NCBI GenBank assembly: GCA_964421565.1
Contig: CAYQXJ010000014.1
Span: forward strand, 20,690-84,689
Source of the DNA: an uncultured candidatus Brocadiaceae bacterium
GTDB taxonomy: Bacteria; Planctomycetota; Brocadiia; SM23-32
Reading direction: 5' to 3'
Length of the DNA stretch: 64,000 nucleotides
This document shows, piece after piece, positions 38,088-47,313 of the stretch. The position numbers and the translations under genes are program-made. Under the pieces are notes generated by a model. It was given only the letters and a program-made list of their open reading frames with translations, searched no databases and was not told the origin of the DNA. Numbering within the stretch: the stretch's first letter is position 1; each line of letters starts with the position of its first letter.

Positions 38088-39128
38088 TCAGGCGGGCTCG
38101 CCAAGAATGCGGCGCACGCCCTGCCGATGAGCGTCAAGGGCCGGCTTGGGCCGGCCGTCGCGGCCCACCAGGCCCCAGCCGGTCTCGGCCGGGCAGTCCG
38201 GCGCGCCGCATTGCCAGCAGGTCTCTTGATCCTCCCACCGGTAGAAGAACAGGCCGAGGAGCTTCTCGCGCCGGGAGGCGAAGACATCGAAGGCGCGCTC
38301 AACGAACTCCGCCTGGCCTTCGGGGTTGTGCCCGGCGCCCCAGGTGTTCTTCCACTTATGCAGGTCACAGACGGAGGCGCCGGACTGCTTCTGCTCGTCT
38401 GTCATCACTCCGCCGGCCGAGGAGAAGCCCCATTCGTTGATGAGCAGGGGGTGGCCCGTCCATGCGTAGACGGTATCGATCCGTTCCCCCCAGCTAAAGG
38501 GCCCGCCCTGCTGCCAGGTGCCGTAGTAGCCGTCCAGACCTACATAGTCGAGTGGCCCGTCGCCCTGGCCGCGGAAGTAGCCGAGGAAGTAGAGGGTCTT
38601 GCCCCATCCGGCCGTCAGGTTGAACCCGACCAGCAGCGAGGGGTCGGCCTCCTTGAGGCCGGTGGCCCCGGCCGAGAGCAAGTCGCAGGCCTGCCGGGGA
38701 TTCATGGGACCGGCGAACGGTGGGATGTCCAGCTCGTTGGCGACCTGCCATGCGGTCACGAGGCCGCGCAGGTCATTGGCGAGCCATTCGCACGTCTCCC
38801 CATAGATCTGCACGAACCGGGGCGTGTCCGGCTCTCCACACCATTGCGGCACGCGGGGGTTCCACTTCCGGAACTGCAGATTGCCATTCTCGTCGGGCTC
38901 GCGCGTGGCGATGCCCGGCGGTGGGGTGACGCCGAGGATGCGGAACCCGTCGGAGACCAGCGAGGCCACCGCTTCGCGGCGTTCGCAGTAATCCTCGCTC
39001 AGCTCTCCCCCCACATGGTCGCGGAACGGAAACGGCATAGTCTGGCGCAGCCAACCCATGCCTGCTTCGCGCAGCATCTTGGGGTCGGCGCCGGGATAGG
39101 CGCTCGTGCCGATCATGAATTCTTCCAT
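38088..39128 (-). CDS. Clan GH-A TIM-barrel glycoside hydrolase (family unassigned)
   Basis: WQVANE (acid/base) and LLINEWGF (nucleophile) motifs; GWGLV..DG.PKPA C-terminus. Confidence 0.75.
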   Translation of the reverse strand: MEEFMIGTSAYPGADPKMLREAGMGWLRQTMPFPFRDHVGGELSEDYCERREAVASLVSDGFRILGVTPPPGIATREPDENGNLQFRKWNPRVPQWCGEPDTPRFVQIYGETCEWLANDLRGLVTAWQVANELDIPPFAGPMNPRQACDLLSAGATGLKEADPSLLVGFNLTAGWGKTLYFLGYFRGQGDGPLDYVGLDGYYGTWQQGGPFSWGERIDTVYAWTGHPLLINEWGFSSAGGVMTDEQKQSGASVCDLHKWKNTWGAGHNPEGQAEFVERAFDVFASRREKLLGLFFYRWEDQETCWQCGAPDCPAETGWGLVGRDGRPKPALDAHRQGVRRILGEPA

Positions 39129-39153
39129 CTCTACTCTCCCCTATTGCGCGCAG

Positions 39154-40149
39154 TCACTTGCGGCAAGCCGGCACCTCAAAGGTGCCGTTTTCACCTTCCG
39201 AAAGCAACTCCACGATCTGCATCACGGCTACCCCGTCGGCGATGGTGGAGAAGGCCGGCGCCTGCCCGGTGCGGACGGCTTCGATGAATGCCTGCACCTC
39301 TCCAGCGTAGCCCTGCAGAAACAGGCTGCTGTTCTCGGGGGTCTGGAGAGCCATGTTGGGGCGTCGCACCTCCCTGACCGAAGGCTTCCAGACGCTCTGC
39401 ACGCGGGGGTAGTACTCCAGCGTTGCAACATCGTCCACCACGACCATCGCTCCCTCGCCCGTCAGCTCCATGCGCTCGAGGACGGCCGGCGCCTGTGAAG
39501 ACATCACGATGACTCCGCTGGCGCCGGAGGTGAAATCGACGCTTAAAGTAAGCGTAAGCCCCTCGCCGGCGCGGCCCCAGAGCGCGTGCATCCGGCCGTA
39601 ATCGCCCATCAGGTGCCGCGCAAGGTCGAGGGGATGGGAGCCCATGCCGGCCAGAAAGCTGCGTCGGTCGCCGCTGGTCTTGAACGAATAGCGCAGTGAC
39701 ATGTGCGTCGGACGACCGAACTCATCCCTTTGGCTGATCTTCTTTGCCATGGCGTACTTCTGCGCGAACCTCTTCATGAACGCCACCATGCAGATGCAGC
39801 CCGAGCTCTCACTGACGGCCAGCATCTCCTCGGCCTGCGCCAGGCCCTCGCTCGGGGGCTTCTCGCAGAAAACGTCCAGCCCCCGCTTCATTGCGGCGAC
39901 GGCGGCCTCGTAGTGGAGCCGCGGCGGCCCGCTGATCATCACGGCGTCCAGGTCGTCCTGCCCGTCCAGGAGGTCGGCGTAATCCTCATAAAGGTTCGCC
40001 ACGTTGTAGGCCCGCGCGATGCGCTCGCGGCGCTCCTCATAGAGGTCGGCCACGGCAACGATCCTCGCGGACGTAAAGCGGAGCGAGGGATACAAGTTCA
40101 TGCTTGCGTGCGTGCCGCAGCCGATGAAGCCGATTCTGACCTGGTCCAT
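39154..40149 (-). CDS. Gfo/Idh/MocA-family oxidoreductase
   Basis: IGFIGCG, FCEKP, AFMKRF, H..D motif. Confidence 0.9.
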   Translation of the reverse strand: MDQVRIGFIGCGTHASMNLYPSLRFTSARIVAVADLYEERRERIARAYNVANLYEDYADLLDGQDDLDAVMISGPPRLHYEAAVAAMKRGLDVFCEKPPSEGLAQAEEMLAVSESSGCICMVAFMKRFAQKYAMAKKISQRDEFGRPTHMSLRYSFKTSGDRRSFLAGMGSHPLDLARHLMGDYGRMHALWGRAGEGLTLTLSVDFTSGASGVIVMSSQAPAVLERMELTGEGAMVVVDDVATLEYYPRVQSVWKPSVREVRRPNMALQTPENSSLFLQGYAGEVQAFIEAVRTGQAPAFSTIADGVAVMQIVELLSEGENGTFEVPACRK

Positions 40150-40165
40150 GCCCTGCCTCCTCGAT

Positions 40166-41629
40166 TCAGGCGCCGACGTCTGGCTGGTAGGGGCGGTCGG
40201 TATCGGTACGGGTGCACCAGTCGATCATCTTGCGCTGGAGCTCGGGCACGATCTGTTCGTAGCCCTCGCGGCCCCACAGGTTGCGCATTTCGTACGGATC
40301 TTCTTCCATGTCGTACAGCTCGTCTCCGCCGACCAGCCGGGTGACCAGCTTCCACTTGTCGGTGCGCACCATCTTCGTGCGGGCCATCGTCTCCGGATGC
40401 AGGGCGTAGGTGCGCTGCTTGCCGCTGCTGTCGGGGGCGTACTCTACCCGTTCCCACATCTCTGCCTCGTGCCCGCCGTCCGCGAAGACGGCCTCCTTGT
40501 GCCGAGCCCCGTCGATCACCGGCAGCAGACTCTCGCCGTGTATGCCCCAGGCGGGCTTGATGCCGAGCAACTCGAGGATCGTTGGCGCCAGGTCAGTGTG
40601 CTCGCTCAGGCTTTCGATCAGGCGGCCCTGAGGCAGGCCCGGCGCGTACAGGATGCAGGGCACGTGCAGCAGGCAGTCGGCCATGCAGGTGTCCCATTTC
40701 TCCGGCAGGCCGTACTGCCCCGCGAAGTCGCCGTGATCGACGAAGAACAGGACGATCGAGTCCTCGAAGAGTCCTTCGCGCTCGATGGCGTCCAGAACGC
40801 GTCCGAGCACGTGATCGGTCTTGGTTACCATGGCGTAGTAGACGGCCTGCACTTCGCGCAGCATCCACTCGGGGGCGTCCGTTCCCGTGCGCACTTCGCG
40901 CATGCGGCGCAGCGGCAGCGGGGCGCTTTCCGGCAGGTCGTAGGGCCACGGCTGGATGGCGTCGCGCTTGTACATGCTGAAGTAAGGCTCCGGCGCCTTG
41001 TAGCCGGGGTGTGGCCAGCTAAGGTTCAACTGCATGAAGAAGGGGCGCGAGCGGTCGCGCACGTTGGTCAGGTATTCGATGGCCTGCTCGGCGCGGTTGT
41101 CGTCGCAGAAGAAGGTCATCGGCTCCTCAACGCGGCCGCCGTAGTGGTAGTCCGCATCTGTGGGCGGGGAGGGCGGCCCGACACTCAGGGGGCCCGGCGG
41201 CTCCACGGGCCACTGTCGTTCGAGCATATGGCGGAAGTAGCCCTCGGTGAAGGAATGGTAATCGACGTAGGAGGCACCCTTTTCGTTGAGTCCCTCGCCG
41301 AACACGTTCTCCCATACATGGTTGATGCCGAACAGGGCGCTCTCGTAGCCGTGGGCCTTGAGGGCAGAGAGCAAGTCCGGCTGGTCGTTCGGCAGGTGTT
41401 GCTGGATGGTGCGGAAGCCGTCGGTGTGGCAGTAGCGCCCGGTCATCATGGCGATGCGAGTCGGTACGCACTTGGGGAAGACGGAGAAGTGGTTGCTCAG
41501 GTTGACGGCGCGCGTGGCGAAGCGGTCGAGGTTAGGCGTGCGGCAGTCGGGGTTGCCCATGTAGCCGGGGCAGTCCCCGCGCATCTCGTCGGAGGAGAGG
41601 ATGATGACGTTCTTCCGTCGGTCGGGCAC
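40166..41629 (-). CDS. Sulfatase (Cys/FGly type)
   Basis: NVIILSSDEMR, CVPTRIAMMTG, DHGDFAG, ELYD...DPYE; GTG start. Confidence 0.9.
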   Translation of the reverse strand: MPDRRKNVIILSSDEMRGDCPGYMGNPDCRTPNLDRFATRAVNLSNHFSVFPKCVPTRIAMMTGRYCHTDGFRTIQQHLPNDQPDLLSALKAHGYESALFGINHVWENVFGEGLNEKGASYVDYHSFTEGYFRHMLERQWPVEPPGPLSVGPPSPPTDADYHYGGRVEEPMTFFCDDNRAEQAIEYLTNVRDRSRPFFMQLNLSWPHPGYKAPEPYFSMYKRDAIQPWPYDLPESAPLPLRRMREVRTGTDAPEWMLREVQAVYYAMVTKTDHVLGRVLDAIEREGLFEDSIVLFFVDHGDFAGQYGLPEKWDTCMADCLLHVPCILYAPGLPQGRLIESLSEHTDLAPTILELLGIKPAWGIHGESLLPVIDGARHKEAVFADGGHEAEMWERVEYAPDSSGKQRTYALHPETMARTKMVRTDKWKLVTRLVGGDELYDMEEDPYEMRNLWGREGYEQIVPELQRKMIDWCTRTDTDRPYQPDVGA

Positions 41630-41677
41630 GGCTGCGGCTCCCTGTTATGGGTTACGGCGTTTGGCCAGTGAAGTGAC

Positions 41678-41705
41678 AGTGTATGCGGCCACTTGCAGTT
41701 CTCAA
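41678..41705 (-). promoter_or_regulatory. Candidate sigma70 promoter for the minus-strand sulfatase operon
   Basis: TTGAGA (41705-41700), 16 nt, TACACT (41683-41678). Confidence 0.5.
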
Positions 41706-41765
41706 GCGCCGGGGTGGAAAAGAGCGCCGTTCGCGTATCCGGGCGGGTCGATTCGCGATTCGCGG

Positions 41766-41794
41766 TTGACGTGGGCACGACTATGCGGTATAGT
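41766..41794 (+). promoter_or_regulatory. Sigma70 promoter for the Fur/PerR unit
   Basis: TTGACG (41766-41771), 17 nt, TATAGT (41789-41794). Confidence 0.7.
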
Positions 41795-41823
41795 TCTTAC
41801 ATACAACCTGCCCTCAATAAGGC

Positions 41824-42285
41824 ATGCGGATGGCGGTCGACCCCAGGAAGGCCGAGGAACGCATGCGGCAGTTCGAGCGCGCCTGCCGGGAGTCCGGTCT
41901 GCGGCGGACACACCAGAGGATGGTCATCTTCCATGAACTGAGCCGCAGCGACGAGCATCCGAGCGCTGAGGACTTGTGCCGCCGGGTGCGCCGGGAGGTG
42001 CCGACCATCTCCCAAGACACCGTGTACCGAACGCTCTGGATGCTCGAAGAGGGGGGGCTTGTCGGCACCGTCGGTGCGCTGCACGATAGGATACGGTTCG
42101 ATCCGAACACGGATCCTCACCACCATTTCATCTGTACACGCTGTGCTGAGGTGTTGGATTTCACCAGTGCCAAACTGGACGCCTATGAGCCGCCAGAGGA
42201 AGTGAGGAACTGGGGGCAGATTGACAGAATGCAGGCCGAGCTGCGGGGGACGTGCAGCAAGTGCCTGGAGGAGTTGAACGAGTAG
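41824..42285 (+). CDS. Fur-family transcriptional repressor (PerR-like)
   Basis: THQR, HPSAE, DTVYRTL, HHHFICTRC, CSKC. Confidence 0.92.
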   Translation: MRMAVDPRKAEERMRQFERACRESGLRRTHQRMVIFHELSRSDEHPSAEDLCRRVRREVPTISQDTVYRTLWMLEEGGLVGTVGALHDRIRFDPNTDPHHHFICTRCAEVLDFTSAKLDAYEPPEEVRNWGQIDRMQAELRGTCSKCLEELNE

Positions 42286-42446
42286 GCCGGGCAAGCGCTG
42301 TCGCGGCAGGGGGGCGCGCACTGGAGTGCGCGGCCGCCAATGAGGGGCACAACAGGGAAAGGAGGCCACCAGGGGAGTATGGTGTCGTGCGCAGGGGCGG
42401 GGCAGGCATGCACTTCGATCAACCTCACAGTAAAAGGGGGCAACAG

Positions 42447-42728
42447 ATGTCGGGGAAGATTCAGACTGAGAGTGCCGAGGCCTTCGGCAGAACGTTCGTG
42501 AAGGGCAACATCCCGGAGGTCAACGGCGTGCGGTGCCTTGCCTGCGGCCATTGCGTGAAGCTCTGCCGCAAGCTGGGGCCAGACGTGCTGGAGATCGTGG
42601 ACGGCGTGGCCAAGCCCGTCCGGGCGGAGGCGTGCATCGGCGATGGGGCCTGCATGCTGGCTTGCCCGACCAAGGCCATATTCCTGATGAGCAAATACGA
42701 TCCCGATTCGCCGCCAGACCCCGTCTGA
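42447..42728 (+). CDS. Dicluster 4Fe-4S ferredoxin
   Basis: CLACGHC...C and CIGDGAC...CP motifs; AGGGGG RBS. Confidence 0.82.
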   Translation: MSGKIQTESAEAFGRTFVKGNIPEVNGVRCLACGHCVKLCRKLGPDVLEIVDGVAKPVRAEACIGDGACMLACPTKAIFLMSKYDPDSPPDPV

Positions 42729-42846
42729 TACGGAGGCGGACCGAGCACATGGGGGGAATCCGTCGAAGCGACGCAGTCAATGGCGACTGAACGCCGGCGG
42801 AGCATTACTGACCGCCTTACATTTCTCTGCAATGAGGGGGCCACAC

Positions 42847-43398
42847 ATGGCCAGAGTAGCGCGCAAGATGGTGGAGGATGCCGGAGTCAACGTAGATGAG
42901 CTGCTCGAGGCGCTGATCGCCAACGCGGCGGCGGAGTTTACGACTTTCTTCTACTACACGCACCTGCGTTACAACTTGATTGGGCTCGAGGGGGAAGGTC
43001 TGAAGCTGATCGCCGAGACCGCCCGCATCGAGGATCGCAATCACTTCGAGGCGCTGCTGCCGCGCATCTACGAGCTCGGCGGCAAACTGCCGAACGACAT
43101 GAAGGAGTTCCACGACGTGTCGGGCTGTCCACCGGCAACGTTGCCGGAAGATGTGACGGACGTGAACGCGATACTAGAGGTTCTGGTCAACGCCGAACGC
43201 TGCGCGGTGAGGCAGTACACAGGCATCTGCGACATGACCGCAGGCAAGGACCATCGCACCTACCTGCTCGCGCAGGCGATCCTCAACGAGGAGGTGGAGC
43301 ACGAGTCGTGGTTCTCGGAGTTCCTGGGTGAAGGTCCTTCGGGCCATTACCTGCGGCAAGGCGACACTTCGCCCTTCGTGCGGCCCTTCCTGCGCTGA
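42847..43398 (+). CDS. DPS-like (DPSL) ferritin-superfamily protein
   Basis: AEFTTFFYYT, EDRNHFE, GCPPA, AERCAV, EEVEHESWF: di-iron ligands plus the DPSL cysteine pair. Confidence 0.88.
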   Translation: MARVARKMVEDAGVNVDELLEALIANAAAEFTTFFYYTHLRYNLIGLEGEGLKLIAETARIEDRNHFEALLPRIYELGGKLPNDMKEFHDVSGCPPATLPEDVTDVNAILEVLVNAERCAVRQYTGICDMTAGKDHRTYLLAQAILNEEVEHESWFSEFLGEGPSGHYLRQGDTSPFVRPFLR

Positions 43399-43425
43399 AC
43401 AACGGGTGAAGCCGCATTCTTCGGC

Positions 43426-43462
43426 GAACCGGGGCCGCGCCGAGCGGCCCTGGTTCAGTTTT
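43426..43462 (+). terminator. Rho-independent terminator
   Basis: GAACCGGGGCCGC/GCGGCCCTGGTTC stem (one G-U pair) followed by AGTTTT. Confidence 0.7.
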
Positions 43463-43477
43463 CCCAGCAGCAGGTCC

Positions 43478-44827
43478 TTATGCCTCAGCCTCGAAGGCGC
43501 ACAGCAACGGTTCGAGCGCGGCCGTAGTGACGCCGGCGTGATTCTGGCGTCCGTGGCCGCGGCAGACGGCGCTGACGCTCTTCGCGGCGCACCCGTGATC
43601 GCGGCCGTCGGGGAGGGCCCGTCGCGCCAGCGAGAGGCAGACCCGGCCGATGTCGAGTGCGCGCGCGGCGAGCTCTCGGTCGCCCCGAATCTCGGCGCCG
43701 AGGGCGAGCGTGAGCGGGTTGCAGCGGCGTTCGCGACCGTCCTCCAGCCAGCGCAGCATGTCCGCTCTTTTGCCGATGCCTGAGGGCCGACCATCGAGCC
43801 GCACGGAGGGATCGAGTGTCAGCTCCGAGAACGACCAGGGATCGAGTGATTCCACCACTTCCATCACCGCCTCGTCGTAGCGCCGCTCGCCTGTGGCGTT
43901 GCGATACGCCCGCACGGCGTCGGCCGCGGCGCCCGCGTCAGGGTCAGGGAGCTGCGTGACCAGCACATCGATGATGCGTTCGGCGGCGCGTCTGAAGTGC
44001 CGCTCCCCGGTGATGCTACCCAACTGCAGCAGCGCCCCGGTGACGTCCGAGGCGAGCAGGTTCTCGGCGCGGTCCACAGGGCTGTCCATCTGCTGCGGCA
44101 GCATGCCTACGAAACTGCGGTAGAGCTGCTCCTGGTCGGCGCCGAGGGTGGTAACCCCGCCATCCGGGCCGAGTGCAACAGGCAGGGACTCGGACTCGTT
44201 GACGGCTTCTGCCCAGCGGCCGAGGTAGTCGGTGCAGAACTCGATGTAGCGCGATCTCGCTGTGGCCCGATGCGCGAGCAGGCAGACGTTGACGAACCGG
44301 ACATGGTCCGGCACGTTGAGGGGCGGTTCATCGGCGACTTCGGCCGTGCCCATGTGCACGGCGCGGAACAGGCGCGCATCGGCGTCGTACCAGTCGGGCA
44401 CCCCCGCTACCCAGTTGCCGACATGTTCGGCTGCGTCGTCGAGCTGACGGGCGGTCTCGTCGTCGTTTGGGTTGAGGGCGAGCAGCGTGCCGAGGAAGAG
44501 CTCGTAGTGCTCGGTGCCGTGATGGGGCTCATGCACGCGCCAGTAGCCGTGCTGCCAGGCACCGCTCTGCACGAAATGGTCGCGGATGCGGTCGCGAGTG
44601 TCCTTCAGGAAGGCGAGCACTGCGCCGTCGTCGCGCCGACGCACCCAGGGGGCCCAGCCCGTCGTGTAGGTGCCCTGATCGTGCCCGTCCGTCGGCGCGG
44701 TGTCGCCATACCTGCGCACGCATTCAAGCGCCCAATCGCCTAACTCGTCCAGGAAGCGCTCGGCGGCCTCCTCGAGGCCGGTCGAGGGCTCAATCCGGGC
44801 TGAGAACATGTCCGCTCCTTCCGACAT
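43478..44827 (-). CDS. Hypothetical protein (probable alpha-helical barrel, carbohydrate-active context)
   Basis: 449-aa ORF starting 2 nt after the upstream GH gene; His/Asp/Trp-rich motifs (DGHDQG, HHGTEH, PDH, DHGC). Confidence 0.65.
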   Translation of the reverse strand: MSEGADMFSARIEPSTGLEEAAERFLDELGDWALECVRRYGDTAPTDGHDQGTYTTGWAPWVRRRDDGAVLAFLKDTRDRIRDHFVQSGAWQHGYWRVHEPHHGTEHYELFLGTLLALNPNDDETARQLDDAAEHVGNWVAGVPDWYDADARLFRAVHMGTAEVADEPPLNVPDHVRFVNVCLLAHRATARSRYIEFCTDYLGRWAEAVNESESLPVALGPDGGVTTLGADQEQLYRSFVGMLPQQMDSPVDRAENLLASDVTGALLQLGSITGERHFRRAAERIIDVLVTQLPDPDAGAAADAVRAYRNATGERRYDEAVMEVVESLDPWSFSELTLDPSVRLDGRPSGIGKRADMLRWLEDGRERRCNPLTLALGAEIRGDRELAARALDIGRVCLSLARRALPDGRDHGCAAKSVSAVCRGHGRQNHAGVTTAALEPLLCAFEAEA

Positions 44828-44829
44828 CG

Positions 44830-47295
44830 CTACTTCTTCTGTAGGATTACGTCGACCGTATGTGCTTCTGGCCCGGCCAGCTCTACGGCGGCGTAGCGGG
44901 AATCCTCGACGGTCTCGGTGCGGAACTCGACCGGGGCGCCGTCGACGGTGACCTGCGCGGCAGCGCGGCCCTCCGGCAGCAAGCAGCGGAGGGTGGTCTC
45001 GCCGGCGCTTCCCGTCACCTCGACCCGCAAAGCCTTATCACCCGCGCTGTAGCGGTAGGCCACGTAGCCGTCGGAGGCGGGATACTTGATGGTCACGTCC
45101 GCCTCGTCCACGCCGGCCGCCGCCCAGCGGGGAGAGATCCGCGCGCGGTCGAACGCGGCGCCCTCGTCGACGACGCCGGCGATGCCTTCCACGAGGGCAT
45201 AGATGATGCTGCCGGCGCCCCACATGTCGGGGATGCCGTAACTGACGTCGGAGACGGGGAGCAGCGCGCGCTCCTCGCCCAGCGAGACAGCCACTATCCA
45301 CCATGTGGCGCCGTTTCGGGCCGCTGTGAACTTGAGCTCGCTCAACTCGCAATCAGGCCGCGGGTTGTCCACCGCGCAGGCCCAGACTCCGACGTTCTGG
45401 TACTTCCCGTTCTCGCCCGACCAGGCCAGGCAGAGTGGCTCGCGCCCGAGTGTCTCCTCCGGGGCTGGCGGCATGAACCAGTTGCCGACCTGCCGGCCAT
45501 TCTGGACGTAATGCACCTGCTCCTCGCCGTCCGCGTAGCGAAGGGTCATCCATCCGATCAGGCCTCCGCCGCTGGCGGCGTGCAGGAGGTAGAGCGACCG
45601 GCATTCGCGTCCGACGGACACCGCCGCCCGATCGGCATAGCCGCTCTTGCTGGAGAGGCCGATGCACGCGCGGCGTCCGTTCCGGGCCGGATCGATCACG
45701 TCGAACTCAACTGTGCGGAAGGTCTGGCGGCCGACCGGCAGGTTGCGCATGTCGTTATCGCCGTCTCCGGCCCATCCCGTTACTTCGCCCTCCACGTCGC
45801 CTCGGAAGTCGCAGTTGGCCTGCTCGCGCAGGTCGAGGGGATGGAAGGTCCGCCCCTTCAGCTCGGGCATCTTGCCCCGCAGCACGCAATGAAGGTGGTC
45901 GCGGTGTTTCTCCCCCCAGCCGCGCACGCGATCCAGGATGTCCACGCCGTAATGCTCGTAGCCGTGCTCGAACGCGCCGCGCGCCAGCTCGCCGGCGGTG
46001 ATCGTGCTGACGCCGCCGTTCATGTAATGCCATTTCGAGTGCCGGCCGAAGCCCTTCTCGAAGGGCGGGTAGATGAGGTAGAACTCGCCGGGGGAGCTGT
46101 CCGGCATCTCTCGCCGGATGCGGCGGTAGCTCTCGATGATCGCGACGCACTTATCGTGGGGCAGGCCGCGGTTGAGGGCGTAGGCGTTTGAGAGGCTGAC
46201 CTGCGCGCTCTCGTTGGTGTCGCCGAAGTCCCGTTCGAATGATGGGTCCTCGCTGACGTGGTGCGCGTAGAACTCGCCGTTCCAGGCCAGCTCGGTGAGC
46301 CGCTCCATCAGTTCGTCGCCCAGCCGGTCGAAGCGCTCCGCCTCTGCCTGGCGTCCGGCGTGGCGGAGCATTTCGGCCAGGTAATGGCAGCCAACTGCAA
46401 AGCCAGTGTTGTCACCGTGGAATACGCCGAAGACGGTCCGGTCGGGGTCGACGATCATGTTGCGCCCGATGCCGAGGTTCTGGTCGTACTGCGAAAGGAA
46501 GTCCCACGTGTCGATGGTGTATCCGCGCTTCAGGAGCGCGAACTTCTCGCTCCAGCGGTACTCGTCGCTGGTGGCGTATTCGCAGGCGCGGATGGCGTTG
46601 TCGAGCAGGGACGCCATCCATTTGTCGTCGCCTGTTGCCTTCCAGCTGAAGTAGAGCCCCTCCAGGAAGAGCCATTCGACGTCGTTCTCGACCGGCACGC
46701 GGCAGAAGCGCCGCTTCGGGTGGCCCGGCACCTTTCGGATGAAATCGCCGCGGGCGAAGGTCACATCGAACCAGTTCTGGGCGTTCGAGTGAAACTGCTC
46801 CTTCACCTTGTCCCAGATCATGCCGTCCTCGCGCTGCCAGTCGGCATACAGGTCGATGCCGCTGCGCAGGTCGCCGACGAAGTACTTCAGCCCCTTCATG
46901 GAGTGGACGTGGTCGCGCAGCCAGACCTTGAAGTACTTGTAGAGCTTGTCGTTGATACGAACGCTCTTGGTGTAGCCGCTGGTCCAGCCGTTGTACATGG
47001 TGTCATGGGCCATCTGGAAGAGCCGGCGGAAGCGCCCATCTGCGTCGTCTATGCGCGTGCGGCAGTCCACGCGGAAAGCGGCGGATTCCAGCAGACGCCC
47101 CTGCTGATCCTGCAGGGTTACGTTGTGCGTGCCGAGGGCGCCGCCGACGGAGAACTCCAGCTCTCCGCCGGGAGGCACGGGTTCATCCACGTAGTGGTGC
47201 CCCTGGCCGTCCCGTACGGTCACGTGCCCCCCATCAGGAACATCGAGCACGACGCGTTCGAGCGGAAGGTATTCGGTCTTTCCCATAGTGATCAT
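44830..47295 (-). CDS. Putative six-hairpin (alpha/alpha)6 glycoside hydrolase, paralog B
   Basis: WLRDHVH, PVENDVE, GYTIDTWDF, HGDNTG, YMNGGV, WGA...YALVEG.AGV; similar along its whole length to 47314-49770. Confidence 0.7.
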   Translation of the reverse strand: MITMGKTEYLPLERVVLDVPDGGHVTVRDGQGHHYVDEPVPPGGELEFSVGGALGTHNVTLQDQQGRLLESAAFRVDCRTRIDDADGRFRRLFQMAHDTMYNGWTSGYTKSVRINDKLYKYFKVWLRDHVHSMKGLKYFVGDLRSGIDLYADWQREDGMIWDKVKEQFHSNAQNWFDVTFARGDFIRKVPGHPKRRFCRVPVENDVEWLFLEGLYFSWKATGDDKWMASLLDNAIRACEYATSDEYRWSEKFALLKRGYTIDTWDFLSQYDQNLGIGRNMIVDPDRTVFGVFHGDNTGFAVGCHYLAEMLRHAGRQAEAERFDRLGDELMERLTELAWNGEFYAHHVSEDPSFERDFGDTNESAQVSLSNAYALNRGLPHDKCVAIIESYRRIRREMPDSSPGEFYLIYPPFEKGFGRHSKWHYMNGGVSTITAGELARGAFEHGYEHYGVDILDRVRGWGEKHRDHLHCVLRGKMPELKGRTFHPLDLREQANCDFRGDVEGEVTGWAGDGDNDMRNLPVGRQTFRTVEFDVIDPARNGRRACIGLSSKSGYADRAAVSVGRECRSLYLLHAASGGGLIGWMTLRYADGEEQVHYVQNGRQVGNWFMPPAPEETLGREPLCLAWSGENGKYQNVGVWACAVDNPRPDCELSELKFTAARNGATWWIVAVSLGEERALLPVSDVSYGIPDMWGAGSIIYALVEGIAGVVDEGAAFDRARISPRWAAAGVDEADVTIKYPASDGYVAYRYSAGDKALRVEVTGSAGETTLRCLLPEGRAAAQVTVDGAPVEFRTETVEDSRYAAVELAGPEAHTVDVILQKK

Positions 47296-47313
47296 TGCGT
47301 GCTCCCAAACGGC

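Noticed and set aside
42729-42846. Tiny ORF MGGIRRSDAVNGD between the ferredoxin and DPSL genes
   Set aside because: 13 codons, poorly spaced from the nearby GGAGG, and no supporting motif.
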